From Candidatus Nanopelagicales bacterium (GTDB lineage Bacteria; Actinomycetota; Actinomycetes; S36-B12): a stretch of DNA of 64,000 bases. Below, in pieces: positions 18,471 to 28,956 of the stretch. Both the position numbers and the translations under genes were made by a program. The first letter of the stretch is position 1; every line of letters starts with the position of its first letter. Where the stretch lies: positions 1,563 through 65,562 of the forward strand of contig JAPKAV010000005.1 of NCBI GenBank assembly GCA_028825115.1, written 5' to 3'. The notes below the pieces were generated by a model. It ran no database searches. It was given only the letters and a program-made list of their open reading frames with translations, and had not been told where the DNA came from.

Positions 18471-19090
18471 GAGGTCCCCTTCGGTGGTGCGAACGCGAGA
18501 ATGCGTTCAACGTATTTAGCAATTGCGTCGACCTCAAGGTTAACTTGGCTACCGACATCAAGTTTTCCCAATGTTGTATCTTTCAGCGTTGTGGGAATCA
18601 GCGAAACACTAAACCACTGGTGTTTCGCGCTAGGCTCCGTCACTGCGACCACCGTTAATGAAACCCCACTCACCGTTATTGAACCCTTTTCAACGACGTA
18701 CCGAGCGATCTCGGGTGATAGGTCAAATGAGATAATTGTCCAGTCTTCACTGGGCTCAATCGATCGCACGACTGCGACGGCATCAACGTGCCCCTGCACG
18801 ATATGGCCGCCCATGCGACCCGTGAGTGGCATTGCCCGTTCAATATTCACCGAATCACCAATGTTCAATTCCCCCATCGCACTGCGCATGAGTGTTTCGT
18901 TCATAAGGTCGGCTGAAAAACTTTCCTGATCAAATTCGGTAACGGTTAGGCACACTCCGTTGACTGCAATTGAGGCGCCAACCTTTGCATCTGCTAACAC
19001 ACCGCGCGCCAAAAAGGTCATGTAAGCAGAATCTGAACCGGCGCTTATTGCGCCCACCGAACCCGTGGTTTCAACAATGCCGGTGAACAT
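18467..19090 (-). CDS. ribE: riboflavin synthase alpha chain
   Basis: MFTGIVETTG... with the duplicated lumazine-binding barrel (SIAVNGVCLTV / SITVSGVSLTV). Confidence 0.93.
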   Translation of the reverse strand: MFTGIVETTGSVGAISAGSDSAYMTFLARGVLADAKVGASIAVNGVCLTVTEFDQESFSADLMNETLMRSAMGELNIGDSVNIERAMPLTGRMGGHIVQGHVDAVAVVRSIEPSEDWTIISFDLSPEIARYVVEKGSITVSGVSLTVVAVTEPSAKHQWFSVSLIPTTLKDTTLGKLDVGSQVNLEVDAIAKYVERILAFAPPKGTS

Positions 19091-19106
19091 GACTCAACTC
19101 TAGTGC

Positions 19107-20069
19107 CTATCCCAGTTCTCCGATCTGGATAAGGTCATCTCCTAAAGTAAAAGTTGAGGTAATTTTAACGCGGCCTAAAAATGGCGAATTTGTGGCCAAC
19201 GCCCGTGGCCCTGCTCCAAGCGTGACCGGAGCTGTGATGCTAATCACTTCATTCACCAAGCCCGATTCAACAAATGCGGCAGCCAGAGTCGGTCCCCCTT
19301 CTAACAAGAGATGATTGACACCCCGCTCCGCTAAGTCGACGAGGGCAACTTTGGGATCCCGAGTTGCCAATTGCAGAAACTCCTTCGGGGCGACGTTGCG
19401 CATGCCCATAACCACCCGCAGTGGCTGATTCGCTTTGAGAGAACCGTCGACTTCACGGGCAACAAGACTCGGAGAATCGATCAGATACGTTTGTGACCCC
19501 ACCATAATTGCGCCGACCCGCGCACGCAGTTCATGGACGAAACCCCGTGACTGTATTCCGCTAATCTTGGTGCGTTGACCAATTGCCGCGGCGACGCGCC
19601 CATCAAGGCTCTGCGCAAACTTCCATGTCACGAACGGCATACCTGTGGCCATCCGATGGTTCCATTCGCGGTTTAATGCAGACGACAGCGCCGAATCGAA
19701 CCCGCCTACGACTTCGAGCCCCGCGTTTCTCAGCACACTAGCTCCACCGCCAGCCTCACTGGTCGGATCATCTTGTGCGTAAAACACGCGGGCAATTCCG
19801 GCGTCGATAATTAATCGGGTACACGCAGGAGTGCGACCAAAATGTGAACACGGCTCTAGAGAAACATAAAGATCCGCCTCATGAGTTCCTGCACCAGCAC
19901 TTGCCAGCGCTTCAACCTCGGCATGGGCGGTACCCGCACCACGGTGGACGCCGGTTCCCAACACAATTCCATCTTTCACGCATACGGCGCCAACGCGTGG
20001 ATTGGATGAATACGGTCCGAGCTGCGCAAATTCGATTGCTTGCGAAATGAACTGCGGGTCGATGGTCAA
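19107..20069 (-). CDS. ribD: bifunctional diaminohydroxyphosphoribosylaminopyrimidine deaminase / 5-amino-6-(5-phosphoribosylamino)uracil reductase
   Basis: CMP/dCMP deaminase zinc motifs (HAEVEAL, PCSHFGRTPAC) plus a RibD C-terminal reductase domain. Confidence 0.9.
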   Translation of the reverse strand: MTIDPQFISQAIEFAQLGPYSSNPRVGAVCVKDGIVLGTGVHRGAGTAHAEVEALASAGAGTHEADLYVSLEPCSHFGRTPACTRLIIDAGIARVFYAQDDPTSEAGGGASVLRNAGLEVVGGFDSALSSALNREWNHRMATGMPFVTWKFAQSLDGRVAAAIGQRTKISGIQSRGFVHELRARVGAIMVGSQTYLIDSPSLVAREVDGSLKANQPLRVVMGMRNVAPKEFLQLATRDPKVALVDLAERGVNHLLLEGGPTLAAAFVESGLVNEVISITAPVTLGAGPRALATNSPFLGRVKITSTFTLGDDLIQIGELG

Positions 20070-20072
20070 TTA

Positions 20073-20711
20073 TTACTCCACCAAAGCTTTGAGATCGCGC
20101 ACGACTTGAGCCGGATCAGGGTTGGAGTAGACACACGACCCTGCAACGAAAACATTGGCGCCAGCTTCCTTACAATCCTTAATGGTATTTTGGGAGACGC
20201 CACCATCAACCTCGATCCACATGTGAGCGCCGCTTAATTCTCTCGCTCGGGCTATCTTGGGCATCATGTCGTACATAAATGCCTGACCGCCAAATCCGGG
20301 TTCCACCGTCATAATCAAAATCATGTCAAGGTGTTCAAGCAATCCATCAAGTGAATCAAGGTCAGTCCCTGGTTTCAATGCGGCAGCAACTCTTGCTCCC
20401 GTAGCGCTAATATTTTTGCTCAGCGTCACAGGATCTTTAGCTGCCTCAATGTGAAAAGTGACCGAATACGCACCCGCTTCGCCATACGCTGGTGCCCACC
20501 GATCTGGATCGTCGATCATGAGATGAACATCGACGGGGAGTGACGTGTGGGCAAGCACGCCGGCAACCACGGGAAGCCCAAATGAGAGGTTTGGTACAAA
20601 GTGGTTGTCCATGACATCAAGGTGGATGAGGTCAGCCACACCCTCCACTTTTGAGATTTCTTCACTCAGTCGTCCCAGATTGCTATTGAGAACACTCGGC
20701 GAAATCAGCAC
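20073..20711 (-). CDS. rpe: ribulose-phosphate 3-epimerase
   Basis: ISPSVLNSNL..., HLDVMDNHFVPN, VEPGFGGQAF. Confidence 0.93.
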   Translation of the reverse strand: MLISPSVLNSNLGRLSEEISKVEGVADLIHLDVMDNHFVPNLSFGLPVVAGVLAHTSLPVDVHLMIDDPDRWAPAYGEAGAYSVTFHIEAAKDPVTLSKNISATGARVAAALKPGTDLDSLDGLLEHLDMILIMTVEPGFGGQAFMYDMMPKIARARELSGAHMWIEVDGGVSQNTIKDCKEAGANVFVAGSCVYSNPDPAQVVRDLKALVE

Positions 20712-20734
20712 GCTCTCAGACTATCTGCACTGAA

Positions 20735-22072
20735 CTACACCCGGCGTAACAGGGCAAAAAACATGGCATCCGTGGAATGAACATGCGGCCAGAGCTGAAC
20801 ACATGGTCCTTCTCCTAGATTACTCACTCCCGGGAACAGTGATCTTGCGTCTTCGAGTTGAACATTGGCTCTCGCGTGAAGAACACTCTCCACGACAGCC
20901 CATGTTTCCTCCAAGTAGGGCGTGCACGTGACATAGGCAATGATCCCGCCGACTCGCGTTGAATCGATGGCCGCAAATAGTAATTCCTCTTGCAACTCGG
21001 TCAGTTCGAGTGTTTGCTTCTTGGTTTTGCGCCAACGCGCCTCAGGTCGGCGACGCAATGCTCCCAACCCCGAACAGGGAGCATCGAGTAGTACCCGGTC
21101 AAAGAATCGATTACCCCAAGGACGCTCTCTCGCGTCGCCGGTTAGCAACGTCGCGGAAGGCCCAATGATCTTGCTCATCAGATCCACTCGATGTTTGTGT
21201 AGATCCACTGCAATGAATTCGACTCCAGAAGGTACCGAGTCAGAAATCAGCGCAGCTTTTCCTCCCGGACCTGCGCACATATCCAGCCACGCACTTTCAG
21301 GCCCGGTTGGGGCAGCCAATAAAAATGCCTGTGCCACTAGCTGACTGCCCTCATCTTGAACAATAGCGCTACCATCGCGAACCTGATCAAGTTCGAGCGG
21401 AATTACGTCAGTGAGAATTCGTGCCTGCTTACTCCAAAGCCCAGAGATAGTCCCCTCAATCTCCTGGTCGCCTTCGCGCACCGCGATGACCGGATGTGCG
21501 GCAGTGTTATTTGATTGCAAGAGTCTTTCCAGGTCGGGTAACGGAAGCCCATTACGCATTAATGATTCCTCGAAGGCCTGCACAATCCAGTCTTGATGAG
21601 AGTAACGAATTCCTAGGGTCAAGGTTTCGGCGTCGAACTCAGACGTAGTGATGCAGCGAAGGACCGCGTTGACAAAACCAACGCGCGCCTTTACATGCCC
21701 CGTTTCTTTGCCCTTGGCAGTCACTCGAGCCAAGGCTGCGCAAGTGTCCACCGCCGCGTGGTCGGGTACCCGCATTGCGTAGATCTGGTGGATTCCGAGC
21801 CGCAGGATGTCAATAATTTCCGGCTCTGTGTTCGATAATGGGCGTGATGAACATTGCTGTGCCATCGCGTCGTAAAGCATTTGATTGCGCAAGACACCGT
21901 AAGCAAGTTCAACACTAAAGGCAGCATCTCGACCATTTAGCTTGTATTTCCGTAACACCTGAGGAAGCGCTAGGTTGGCGTAGGCGCCTTCATCTCGCAC
22001 CAAACGCAACAACTCTAGAGCTGCCATGCGTGGCTGATCGCCATTGGGATGCTCCTTTGCTTCATCCTCCAT
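20735..22072 (-). CDS. rsmB: 16S rRNA (cytosine-C5) methyltransferase, RsmB/Sun family
   Basis: NusB-like N-domain plus NOL1/NOP2/Sun core (DMCAGPGGKA, LDAPCSGLGALRRRPE, YVTCT). Start moved to ATG 22072, which overlaps the fmt TAA (TAATG). Confidence 0.85.
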   Translation of the reverse strand: MEDEAKEHPNGDQPRMAALELLRLVRDEGAYANLALPQVLRKYKLNGRDAAFSVELAYGVLRNQMLYDAMAQQCSSRPLSNTEPEIIDILRLGIHQIYAMRVPDHAAVDTCAALARVTAKGKETGHVKARVGFVNAVLRCITTSEFDAETLTLGIRYSHQDWIVQAFEESLMRNGLPLPDLERLLQSNNTAAHPVIAVREGDQEIEGTISGLWSKQARILTDVIPLELDQVRDGSAIVQDEGSQLVAQAFLLAAPTGPESAWLDMCAGPGGKAALISDSVPSGVEFIAVDLHKHRVDLMSKIIGPSATLLTGDARERPWGNRFFDRVLLDAPCSGLGALRRRPEARWRKTKKQTLELTELQEELLFAAIDSTRVGGIIAYVTCTPYLEETWAVVESVLHARANVQLEDARSLFPGVSNLGEGPCVQLWPHVHSTDAMFFALLRRV

Positions 22073-22998
22073 TAGAAAAATTTCACCTCTTCCGCGCGCA
22101 GTCCACGCATCCAATCTGCGCCCAACATGAATTTTTTGCCCGGTGGTTTAACGAGATTCAATTCCAGGGCATAGGTCGCGCTGCCCACGAATACGCCTTT
22201 GTCGATCATAAAAACGGCTCCCGGATCAAGCTGGATATCACGATTGGGGGACACGGGACCGATTGACAACGAAATCTCTTGTCCACTTATCACCATGGTG
22301 GTCCACGTTCCCGGTTTCGGCGTCATCGCACGAATCCGACGGTCAATTTCAATAGCCGGAAGCTGCCAATTTATCCGGGAGTCAGACTTTTGTAACTTAG
22401 GTGCATAAGTTGCTTGATCGTGGTGTTGTGCAATTGGTGTAATCATTCCGGCTTCTACAGCATCTAGGGTTTGCCTCAGCAAGTGTGACCCTGTGTCGGC
22501 AAGCCGAGCAAGCAGCGCCCCACTGGTGTCCTTCGGATCCACCAATTGCGTTACATGGCCAAGGATCGGACCGCTGTCCATTCCTTGTTCGATTCGGAAG
22601 GTTGTAGCTCCCGTAATTGTGTCACCGTGCCAAATGCAGTGCTGAACGGGAGCTGCGCCACGCCACTCCGGCAGTAGTGAGAAATGCAGGTTGATCCAAC
22701 CATGTGCGGGAATGTCCAACATGGTCCCAGGGATCAACTGGCCGTAGGCCACCACGGGGATAGAGTCAGGTTGTAGTTCTCGAAGTACCGCATCAATCTC
22801 GCAGATCGAGTCCGGGTACAAGACCTTGATGCCGTATTTTTCGGCTAACTCATGTACCGGACTTGGTTGCAATTCACGCCCCCTCCCGGCTCTGGCCGGA
22901 GGTTGGGTGATTACGGCCAGGACGTCGTGCTGAGATGAAATCAACGCTTCCAGAGCTGGCCGCGCCACATCGGGGGTCCCAGCGAAAACTAATTTCAA
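22072..22998 (-). CDS. fmt: methionyl-tRNA formyltransferase
   Basis: MKLVFAGTPDVA..., INLHFSLLPEWRGAAPVQ. Confidence 0.93.
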   Translation of the reverse strand: MKLVFAGTPDVARPALEALISSQHDVLAVITQPPARAGRGRELQPSPVHELAEKYGIKVLYPDSICEIDAVLRELQPDSIPVVAYGQLIPGTMLDIPAHGWINLHFSLLPEWRGAAPVQHCIWHGDTITGATTFRIEQGMDSGPILGHVTQLVDPKDTSGALLARLADTGSHLLRQTLDAVEAGMITPIAQHHDQATYAPKLQKSDSRINWQLPAIEIDRRIRAMTPKPGTWTTMVISGQEISLSIGPVSPNRDIQLDPGAVFMIDKGVFVGSATYALELNLVKPPGKKFMLGADWMRGLRAEEVKFF

Positions 22999-22999
22999 T

Positions 23000-23542
23000 T
23001 TACATCCACTTGTGCGAAATTGCGTGCGGACTTGTTTTCACGACTAAGTCGTCCCCGAACCACTCACTAGCCCGGATCTCCTTCATGGCTTCTTTTCGCT
23101 CCTCTGGTCCGAGGCGGTCAATGAAAATGATTCCGTCAAGGTGGTCCGTCTCATGCTGGACGCACCGAGCCATGAGATCGGCGCCAAACAACTCGATTGG
23201 TTCACCATGCATATTGAAACCCCTTGCGATGAGACTTCGCGAGCGCGCAGTATCAAATGAGAGTCCCGGAAGTGACAAACACCCTTCCTCCCCTAGTTCT
23301 GTGTCATCGGAAAGTTCCAAAGTCGGGTTCACAACGTGACCCAGCTCTTCCTCAACCCAGTAGGTAAATACGCGAAGGGAAACACCCAATTGAGGTGCCG
23401 CCAGTCCCACGCCTGGCGCGTCTTGCATAGTGTCGGTGAGATCTGCCACCAATTTGCGCAATTCCTTATCAAAATCCACAACCTCTGCAGCGGGGGTCCG
23501 CAAAACCGGGTCGCCGAAAATTCTAATAGGTTGGATCGCCAT
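23000..23542 (-). CDS. def: peptide deformylase
   Basis: GVGLAAPQLG, EGCLSLPG, HETDHLDG metal-binding motifs. Start taken at ATG 23542 (MAIQPIRIFGDPVL). Confidence 0.93.
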   Translation of the reverse strand: MAIQPIRIFGDPVLRTPAAEVVDFDKELRKLVADLTDTMQDAPGVGLAAPQLGVSLRVFTYWVEEELGHVVNPTLELSDDTELGEEGCLSLPGLSFDTARSRSLIARGFNMHGEPIELFGADLMARCVQHETDHLDGIIFIDRLGPEERKEAMKEIRASEWFGDDLVVKTSPHAISHKWM

Positions 23543-23571
23543 ATTACAAGTGTAGGACATGACCTACCGCA

Positions 23572-25533
23572 TCAGAAATCACGCGGATCGATTTGGATTC
23601 GCACAAATGAAGATTTCGGATCAGCCGAGCGAGTTCGCATGATGTAAGTCAAAACCTCGGTCAGAGCCTTACCCTGCGCCCGAGGCACCATGAGAAAAAC
23701 TTGTGAAGGATCTCCTTCAATCGGTCCTAACAATCGCGCTTGAATTTTTTCCTGTGCACTCGAGGCGACGTCCATTACGGCATCACGGTCCCCGATCAGT
23801 AGTGCCACTCGAGCCAAAGGCGCCAAATGAGCCTGGGCGCGATCGATCAACTCACGCTCAGCAAACCATGGGCTATCCCAACGGGCTAAAGCTTGGTTTT
23901 CTCTGCTTCCCGGATCGCCCGTGAGCACAACTGGTGCGCCGACCCTGGACCTCACGGCCGCTGAAAACCCTCGGCGAGCCAACGACTCACTGGCCGTTAA
24001 GGAAATCGAGTGTGATGCCATATCCAAAATCACAACAGCGGCGAATCCATTTTCCGCAAAAGGCTCTGCACCCTGAGTTGCGACCACAATGCGCGGCTGC
24101 GCATCAACATTGGCGATCACGTGCTGCTGCTGTGACCACAGCACAGGTGTCCCCGCAAAGGCCCGCTCTAACTCTTCGGCTGTTCGTTCGGCGCCAATCG
24201 CAAGTGCCTTGATTTTTCTTCCACCACAGGCGCACTTCCAACCACCGGATCCGCAACGGCCACACAGTACCTGCTCTTGGGAATGATCAGCCTGTGTAAA
24301 TCGAATTGCTCCACCGCAGGCGCAGACAGCTCGCTCACCGCAGTGGGTGCACAAAAATGCTGGGATATATCCGCGTCGACCCACAGATACCAACACTGGT
24401 CCAGCCGGAAGTGAGTCCTTAATGGCCTGCCACGCCAATCGTGGGATTCGAGATTGATGTGGATCACGCTCGACAGCAGTGTCAGTCAGCGTGCGGACAT
24501 GTGAGCGAAAGATCTCGACGGCAGACTTTTCGGCAGTAATGCTTTCGCACCATCCCGACTCGCACCATGAGGCTGTTACTACTGACCGAATGTAGCCGCC
24601 GACGATCAGTGAGCAGTCAGATTGGTGACTGCGCAAAGCAGCTACCTCTCTGGCATCCCAATAAGGTGCATGCGGATCACTATACGCATCATTAAAATCG
24701 TCCCACATAATTATGGCCTTTAGATTGTGAACCGGTGCAAATACCGCGGACCGAGTTCCAATCACGATCTTTGCACTCCCCGAACGCACCTCGAGAAAAT
24801 TTTGATACCTCTGGCCCTGACCCAAGTGATGAGAAATAATTCCAGCGTCAGTCATCAATGCCACTAGCCGCTCAATGGACGAGGCGTCAGGGACGAGAAC
24901 AATCACTCCGGCCGCGGAGTCGTGCGCCCGAACAGCATCAACGAGTGCCGCTATTTCCTGCCACCAAGATGATGCCGGCGCGCTACACCAAGCTGCCCGA
25001 ATCCGATCCCCCGACCTTAATTTGAATATGAGTTCTGATCCCCGCGCGTACCGAGCCCATGAATCATTTTCTTGGGGTGCCTTATCGACGATGCTCTCGA
25101 TCTTGTGGGCGCCGACGGCCTTAGATTTATTGGGAACGGCTGCTCGTACTACATCCCAGAACATTCCGACATAACGCTCGGCAACACCGTGTACTAATTC
25201 AATCGTCTCAGCAGTGAGTGCGGGACCTACTGCGCGCTCAATGAAAGCTAGCTTTGCGAACTCTGAATTCATGATCCTGTCGATAACAATCGCATCGGCT
25301 AATTTTCCAGCAAAACGCACCCGGACTCGATCTCCGACCTGGCATTGCGAATCGATGCTTGCTGGGACCAGATAATCAAAGTCTCGATCAAGATGGGACA
25401 CAGGAACGTTGACCCGAACTCGAGCTACCGGATTCACCCCAGCAGGGGCAATAATCTTCTTCTCACGCACTTGCGCTCGTTTTCGCACAGCCGGTAGATC
25501 AGCCAGCAAGAGGAGCTGATCACCCGTTTCCAT
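23572..25533 (-). CDS. priA: primosomal protein N' (PriA) homologue with degenerate helicase motifs
   Basis: 653 aa. 3'-DNA-binding N-domain (PVSHLDRDFDYLVP), Cys-rich zinc region (CTHCGERAVCACGG...CGRCGSGGWKCACGG) and conserved position after metK. No GxGKT/S motif is present, and WDDFND replaces DEEH. Confidence 0.8.
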   Translation of the reverse strand: METGDQLLLLADLPAVRKRAQVREKKIIAPAGVNPVARVRVNVPVSHLDRDFDYLVPASIDSQCQVGDRVRVRFAGKLADAIVIDRIMNSEFAKLAFIERAVGPALTAETIELVHGVAERYVGMFWDVVRAAVPNKSKAVGAHKIESIVDKAPQENDSWARYARGSELIFKLRSGDRIRAAWCSAPASSWWQEIAALVDAVRAHDSAAGVIVLVPDASSIERLVALMTDAGIISHHLGQGQRYQNFLEVRSGSAKIVIGTRSAVFAPVHNLKAIIMWDDFNDAYSDPHAPYWDAREVAALRSHQSDCSLIVGGYIRSVVTASWCESGWCESITAEKSAVEIFRSHVRTLTDTAVERDPHQSRIPRLAWQAIKDSLPAGPVLVSVGRRGYIPAFLCTHCGERAVCACGGAIRFTQADHSQEQVLCGRCGSGGWKCACGGRKIKALAIGAERTAEELERAFAGTPVLWSQQQHVIANVDAQPRIVVATQGAEPFAENGFAAVVILDMASHSISLTASESLARRGFSAAVRSRVGAPVVLTGDPGSRENQALARWDSPWFAERELIDRAQAHLAPLARVALLIGDRDAVMDVASSAQEKIQARLLGPIEGDPSQVFLMVPRAQGKALTEVLTYIMRTRSADPKSSFVRIQIDPRDF

Positions 25534-25568
25534 ATGCGCCTAATTGATCACCCGCGGGAAATCTGAAA

Positions 25569-26771
25569 CTAATTCTTGATCGCAGCCGCGAGTAAATCTG
25601 CACGATCCACCCGTTCCCAGGTGAAAAGTCCACCTTCTGTCATGCGACCAAAGTGACCGTAGGCCGCGGTTGGGCGATAAATCGGCCGCAAGAGCTCCAA
25701 GTCCCGAATTATCGCGGCAGGACGAAGATCAAAGACGTTTAGGACCGCCTGTTGAATTTGCTCATCGGGCACAACACCAGTGTCAAAAGTCTCAACGAAA
25801 ACTCCCACAGGATGCGCTTTACCAATTGCGTAAGCCACTTGAACTTCACACCGGGTCGCCAAGCCAGCCGCCACCACATTTTTTGCAACCCACCTCATTG
25901 CGTAGGTAGCTGAGCGGTCCACCTTTGACGGATCCTTGCCAGAAAATGCGCCACCGCCGTGACGAGCCATGCCGCCGTAAGTATCAACGATAATTTTTCG
26001 ACCAGTAAGTCCGGCGTCACCCATAGGTCCACCCACTACAAAGTTTCCGGTGGGGTTCACAAGCAGCAGAACTTTAGATGAATCCAAGTCCACATTTTCC
26101 AAGATCGGGTCCACCACAAATTTTTTTACCTCAGGCGACAGCGTTCCGTCCAGATCAACGCCTTCGGCGTGCTGGCTGCTCACCACTATTGTCTCAATGT
26201 GAATGGGTTGGTCATTTTCGTCGTATGCGATCGTGACCTGGGTCTTGCCATCCGGCCGCAAGTAGCCCATCTGGCCGGACTTACGCACAGCCGATAACTG
26301 CTGGGCCAACTTGTGAGCGAGCGAGATGGGTAGTGGCATTAGTTCGGGTGTATCCATGCATGCGTACCCAAACATCAGCCCTTGGTCACCGGCACCTTGA
26401 CGGTCTAATGGATCGGCGCTGCGACCCTCACGTTCCTCAATTGCGTCATTGACACCTTGGGAAATATCGGGTGACTGCTGCCCGATAGATACGGATATAC
26501 CGCACGACCCGCCGTCGAATCCTTTTTCGGAACTGTCGTATCCGATCTCAAGAACGGTGTCCCGCACCAAGCTCATGACATCAGCGAAACCTTCAGTTGT
26601 CACTTCACCAGCAACGTGCACCTGCCCGGTCGTGAGCATTGTTTCGACCGCAACTCGACTCGTAGGGTCCTGGCGAATCAGATCGTCGAGAATTGCGTCA
26701 CTGATCTGATCTGCCATCTTGTCTGGGTGGCCTTCGGTCACTGACTCCGAAGTAAATAGACGATGAGCCAC
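25569..26771 (-). CDS. metK: S-adenosylmethionine synthase
   Basis: [48 protein letters not shown]. Confidence 0.97.
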   Translation of the reverse strand: MAHRLFTSESVTEGHPDKMADQISDAILDDLIRQDPTSRVAVETMLTTGQVHVAGEVTTEGFADVMSLVRDTVLEIGYDSSEKGFDGGSCGISVSIGQQSPDISQGVNDAIEEREGRSADPLDRQGAGDQGLMFGYACMDTPELMPLPISLAHKLAQQLSAVRKSGQMGYLRPDGKTQVTIAYDENDQPIHIETIVVSSQHAEGVDLDGTLSPEVKKFVVDPILENVDLDSSKVLLLVNPTGNFVVGGPMGDAGLTGRKIIVDTYGGMARHGGGAFSGKDPSKVDRSATYAMRWVAKNVVAAGLATRCEVQVAYAIGKAHPVGVFVETFDTGVVPDEQIQQAVLNVFDLRPAAIIRDLELLRPIYRPTAAYGHFGRMTEGGLFTWERVDRADLLAAAIKN

Positions 26772-26808
26772 AGGACTCCCCTTTTCATTTTCGAGTGTAT
26801 TTGGGCAA

Positions 26809-28041
26809 CTAGATTTTACTTTTGCGCGAACCTGAGTCTACCTGATCCAGCAGCTGGGCAAGCCGATGAACCACAGCGTGGCCCACATTTAGTTTGGATC
26901 CCTTGATTGGCGCAACGGCATGATCAGGTTCAATGAACAGGACTTCAGTGTTCTCTGATCCAAATATTTCGCCGTTGCTCACATTATTGACCACAATTGC
27001 ATCTGCGCCTTTCGCCGCCAGCTTTCCGGATCCAAGTGCGATCAAGTCTTCGCGGTTGCTCGAGGTTTCAGCAGCAAATCCGATAATAATTGGCAATGTT
27101 CCCAAAACTCTCTGCCGACAAATATCCGTCAAAATATCTGCTGTCGGCTCAAGCTCAAGATTCTGACCACCGTGCGCCTTTTTGATCTTGGCGGTTGCCT
27201 GTTGTGCGGGCCGAAAATCTGCAACCGCGGCCGCCATGATGACACCATGGGGTTGCCCACCCATAAGGTCAATGAGGGCTTTATGCATATCCGCACTGCT
27301 TTTTGCTTGAACCACTTCTGCCCCGGCAGGTGGATCAATGTCCATATGCCCAGCAACGAGGGTTACCCTCGCACCCGCCGCGAGTGCCGCTCTCGCCAAA
27401 GCGACGCCCTGCTTGCCACTACTCCTATTGCCTATGTAACGCACCGGATCCCAATCTTCTTGGGTCCCGCCCGCACTAATGACAATGTGCCGGGCGGCAA
27501 GTGCGCCAGTATTCGCATTGAGCTGGGCCTCCAGGGCATCAAAAATTTCTTGTGGGGCCGGAAGCCTGCCTTTTCCACTATCGGTTCCTGTCAACGGACC
27601 TGTATCCGGTTCGAGAACTATGTAACCGCGGCTGCGCAAACTCTCGACATTGGCTCGTGTTGCCGGGTGTTCCCACATTTGCGTATGCATAGCGGGGGCG
27701 AGCACCACGGGGCACGTAGCGGTCAAAAGAATGTTGGACAATAAATCACTTGCTATTCCATGCGTCGCCCGAGCCATAAAGTCAGCGGTTGCTGGGGCAA
27801 TCACTACAAGATCCGCGCCAATTCCTTCTGCGACATGGGTTACGTTTCCACCGCCATCCCACAAGCTGGTATTGATCGGTTTACCCGAGAGCGCCTCAAA
27901 TGTTGGTTCACCGACGAAACGCAGTGCATTCGATGTAGGAACAACGCTCACTTCATGTCCTGCTCGCACGAGCAGGCGCAACAATTCCACCGATTTGTAT
28001 GCCGCTATGCCGCCGCATACACCCAGGATTACCCGAGGCAA
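26809..28041 (-). CDS. coaBC: bifunctional phosphopantothenoylcysteine decarboxylase / phosphopantothenate--cysteine ligase
   Basis: [18 protein letters not shown] flavoprotein domain plus the CoaB domain ([25 protein letters not shown]). Start is uncertain. TTG 28041 lies 1 nt after the rpoZ stop; the ORF-track start at 28104 overlaps rpoZ by 62 nt. Confidence 0.88.
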   Translation of the reverse strand: MPRVILGVCGGIAAYKSVELLRLLVRAGHEVSVVPTSNALRFVGEPTFEALSGKPINTSLWDGGGNVTHVAEGIGADLVVIAPATADFMARATHGIASDLLSNILLTATCPVVLAPAMHTQMWEHPATRANVESLRSRGYIVLEPDTGPLTGTDSGKGRLPAPQEIFDALEAQLNANTGALAARHIVISAGGTQEDWDPVRYIGNRSSGKQGVALARAALAAGARVTLVAGHMDIDPPAGAEVVQAKSSADMHKALIDLMGGQPHGVIMAAAVADFRPAQQATAKIKKAHGGQNLELEPTADILTDICRQRVLGTLPIIIGFAAETSSNREDLIALGSGKLAAKGADAIVVNNVSNGEIFGSENTEVLFIEPDHAVAPIKGSKLNVGHAVVHRLAQLLDQVDSGSRKSKI

Positions 28042-28042
28042 G

Positions 28043-28366
28043 TTAGTCCTGCTCAACCTCGGCGCTTGCAGCAGCGAGACCGTTGTCGGTGCCGCCGGAT
28101 GCAATCGGTGATTCAGGGAATGTTCGTTCAGAAGTCAAAAGCCCCGCGTCAATCTCACGAAGGGAAATCGACAGTGGTTTCTCCTGCGCATGGGTCTCAA
28201 CAAGCGGCCCGATGTATTCAAGGAGTCCCTCACCCAACTGTGAGTAGTACGCATTGATCTGGCGAGCACGCTTAGCGGCATAGCTGACCAGGGAAAACTT
28301 TGAATCAGTTTTGGTCAACAGGTCGTCAATGGAGGGATGGGTAATGCCTTCAGGGCGTGCGTTCAT
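28043..28366 (-). CDS. rpoZ: DNA-directed RNA polymerase subunit omega
   Basis: [32 protein letters not shown] is canonical omega. Confidence 0.9.
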   Translation of the reverse strand: MNARPEGITHPSIDDLLTKTDSKFSLVSYAAKRARQINAYYSQLGEGLLEYIGPLVETHAQEKPLSISLREIDAGLLTSERTFPESPIASGGTDNGLAAASAEVEQD

Positions 28367-28956
28367 GAATCCTCATTTCGGGGGTCAGCCATTAACTCTA
28401 GCAAAGCCTGGGCCGTGTGGGTCACATCGGAGTTCACCAGAACGTGATCAAATTCAGAAATCGCGGCCAATTCCTCGTGTGCTATTTTTAATCGGGTCGA
28501 TAAAGCCGCCTCGTCTTCGGTCCCTCGGCCTCTGAGCCGGGCGTCTAACTCGGCAACACTCGGGGGTGCAATGAACACTAAAGTCGACTGCGGTGCACGC
28601 TCTCGTACTTGGCGGGCCCCCTGAACTTCGATCTCCAAGATCACTGGCACACCAGCTTGGCGACTGGCCTGGACCGGATCGCTGGGCGTTCCGTATTTAT
28701 TTCCTGCATATTGCGCCCACTCCAGCATCTTGCCGGTCTCAACCATCCGGGTGAATTCCAGATCAGAGACAAAAAAGTACGAGGTGCTCTCACGTTCCCC
28801 CGCTCGCGGAGCCCGTGTAGTCGCTGAGACCGAGAGCCACATCTGAGGGTTCAACTCAAGTGCTCGAGCCACCACAGTGCTTTTTCCTACACCGGATGGA
28901 CCCGATACCACGATCAGTGGTGCGATGTGGTCTTGGTCAGGACTTATCTCATTCAT
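28363..28956 (-). CDS. gmk: guanylate kinase
   Basis: P-loop [12 protein letters not shown], then [18 protein letters not shown] overlaps on both sides. Confidence 0.93.
   Translation of the reverse strand: MNEISPDQDHIAPLIVVSGPSGVGKSTVVARALELNPQMWLSVSATTRAPRAGERESTSYFFVSDLEFTRMVETGKMLEWAQYAGNKYGTPSDPVQASRQAGVPVILEIEVQGARQVRERAPQSTLVFIAPPSVAELDARLRGRGTEDEAALSTRLKIAHEELAAISEFDHVLVNSDVTHTAQALLELMADPRNEDS

Noticed and set aside
20070-26808. FMN riboswitch before ribD, SAM riboswitch before metK, and T-box or leader before pheS or trpE
   Set aside because: The upstream gaps are 3 nt (ribD), 37 nt (metK), 1 nt (pheS) and 5 nt (trpE). These are far too short for such elements.
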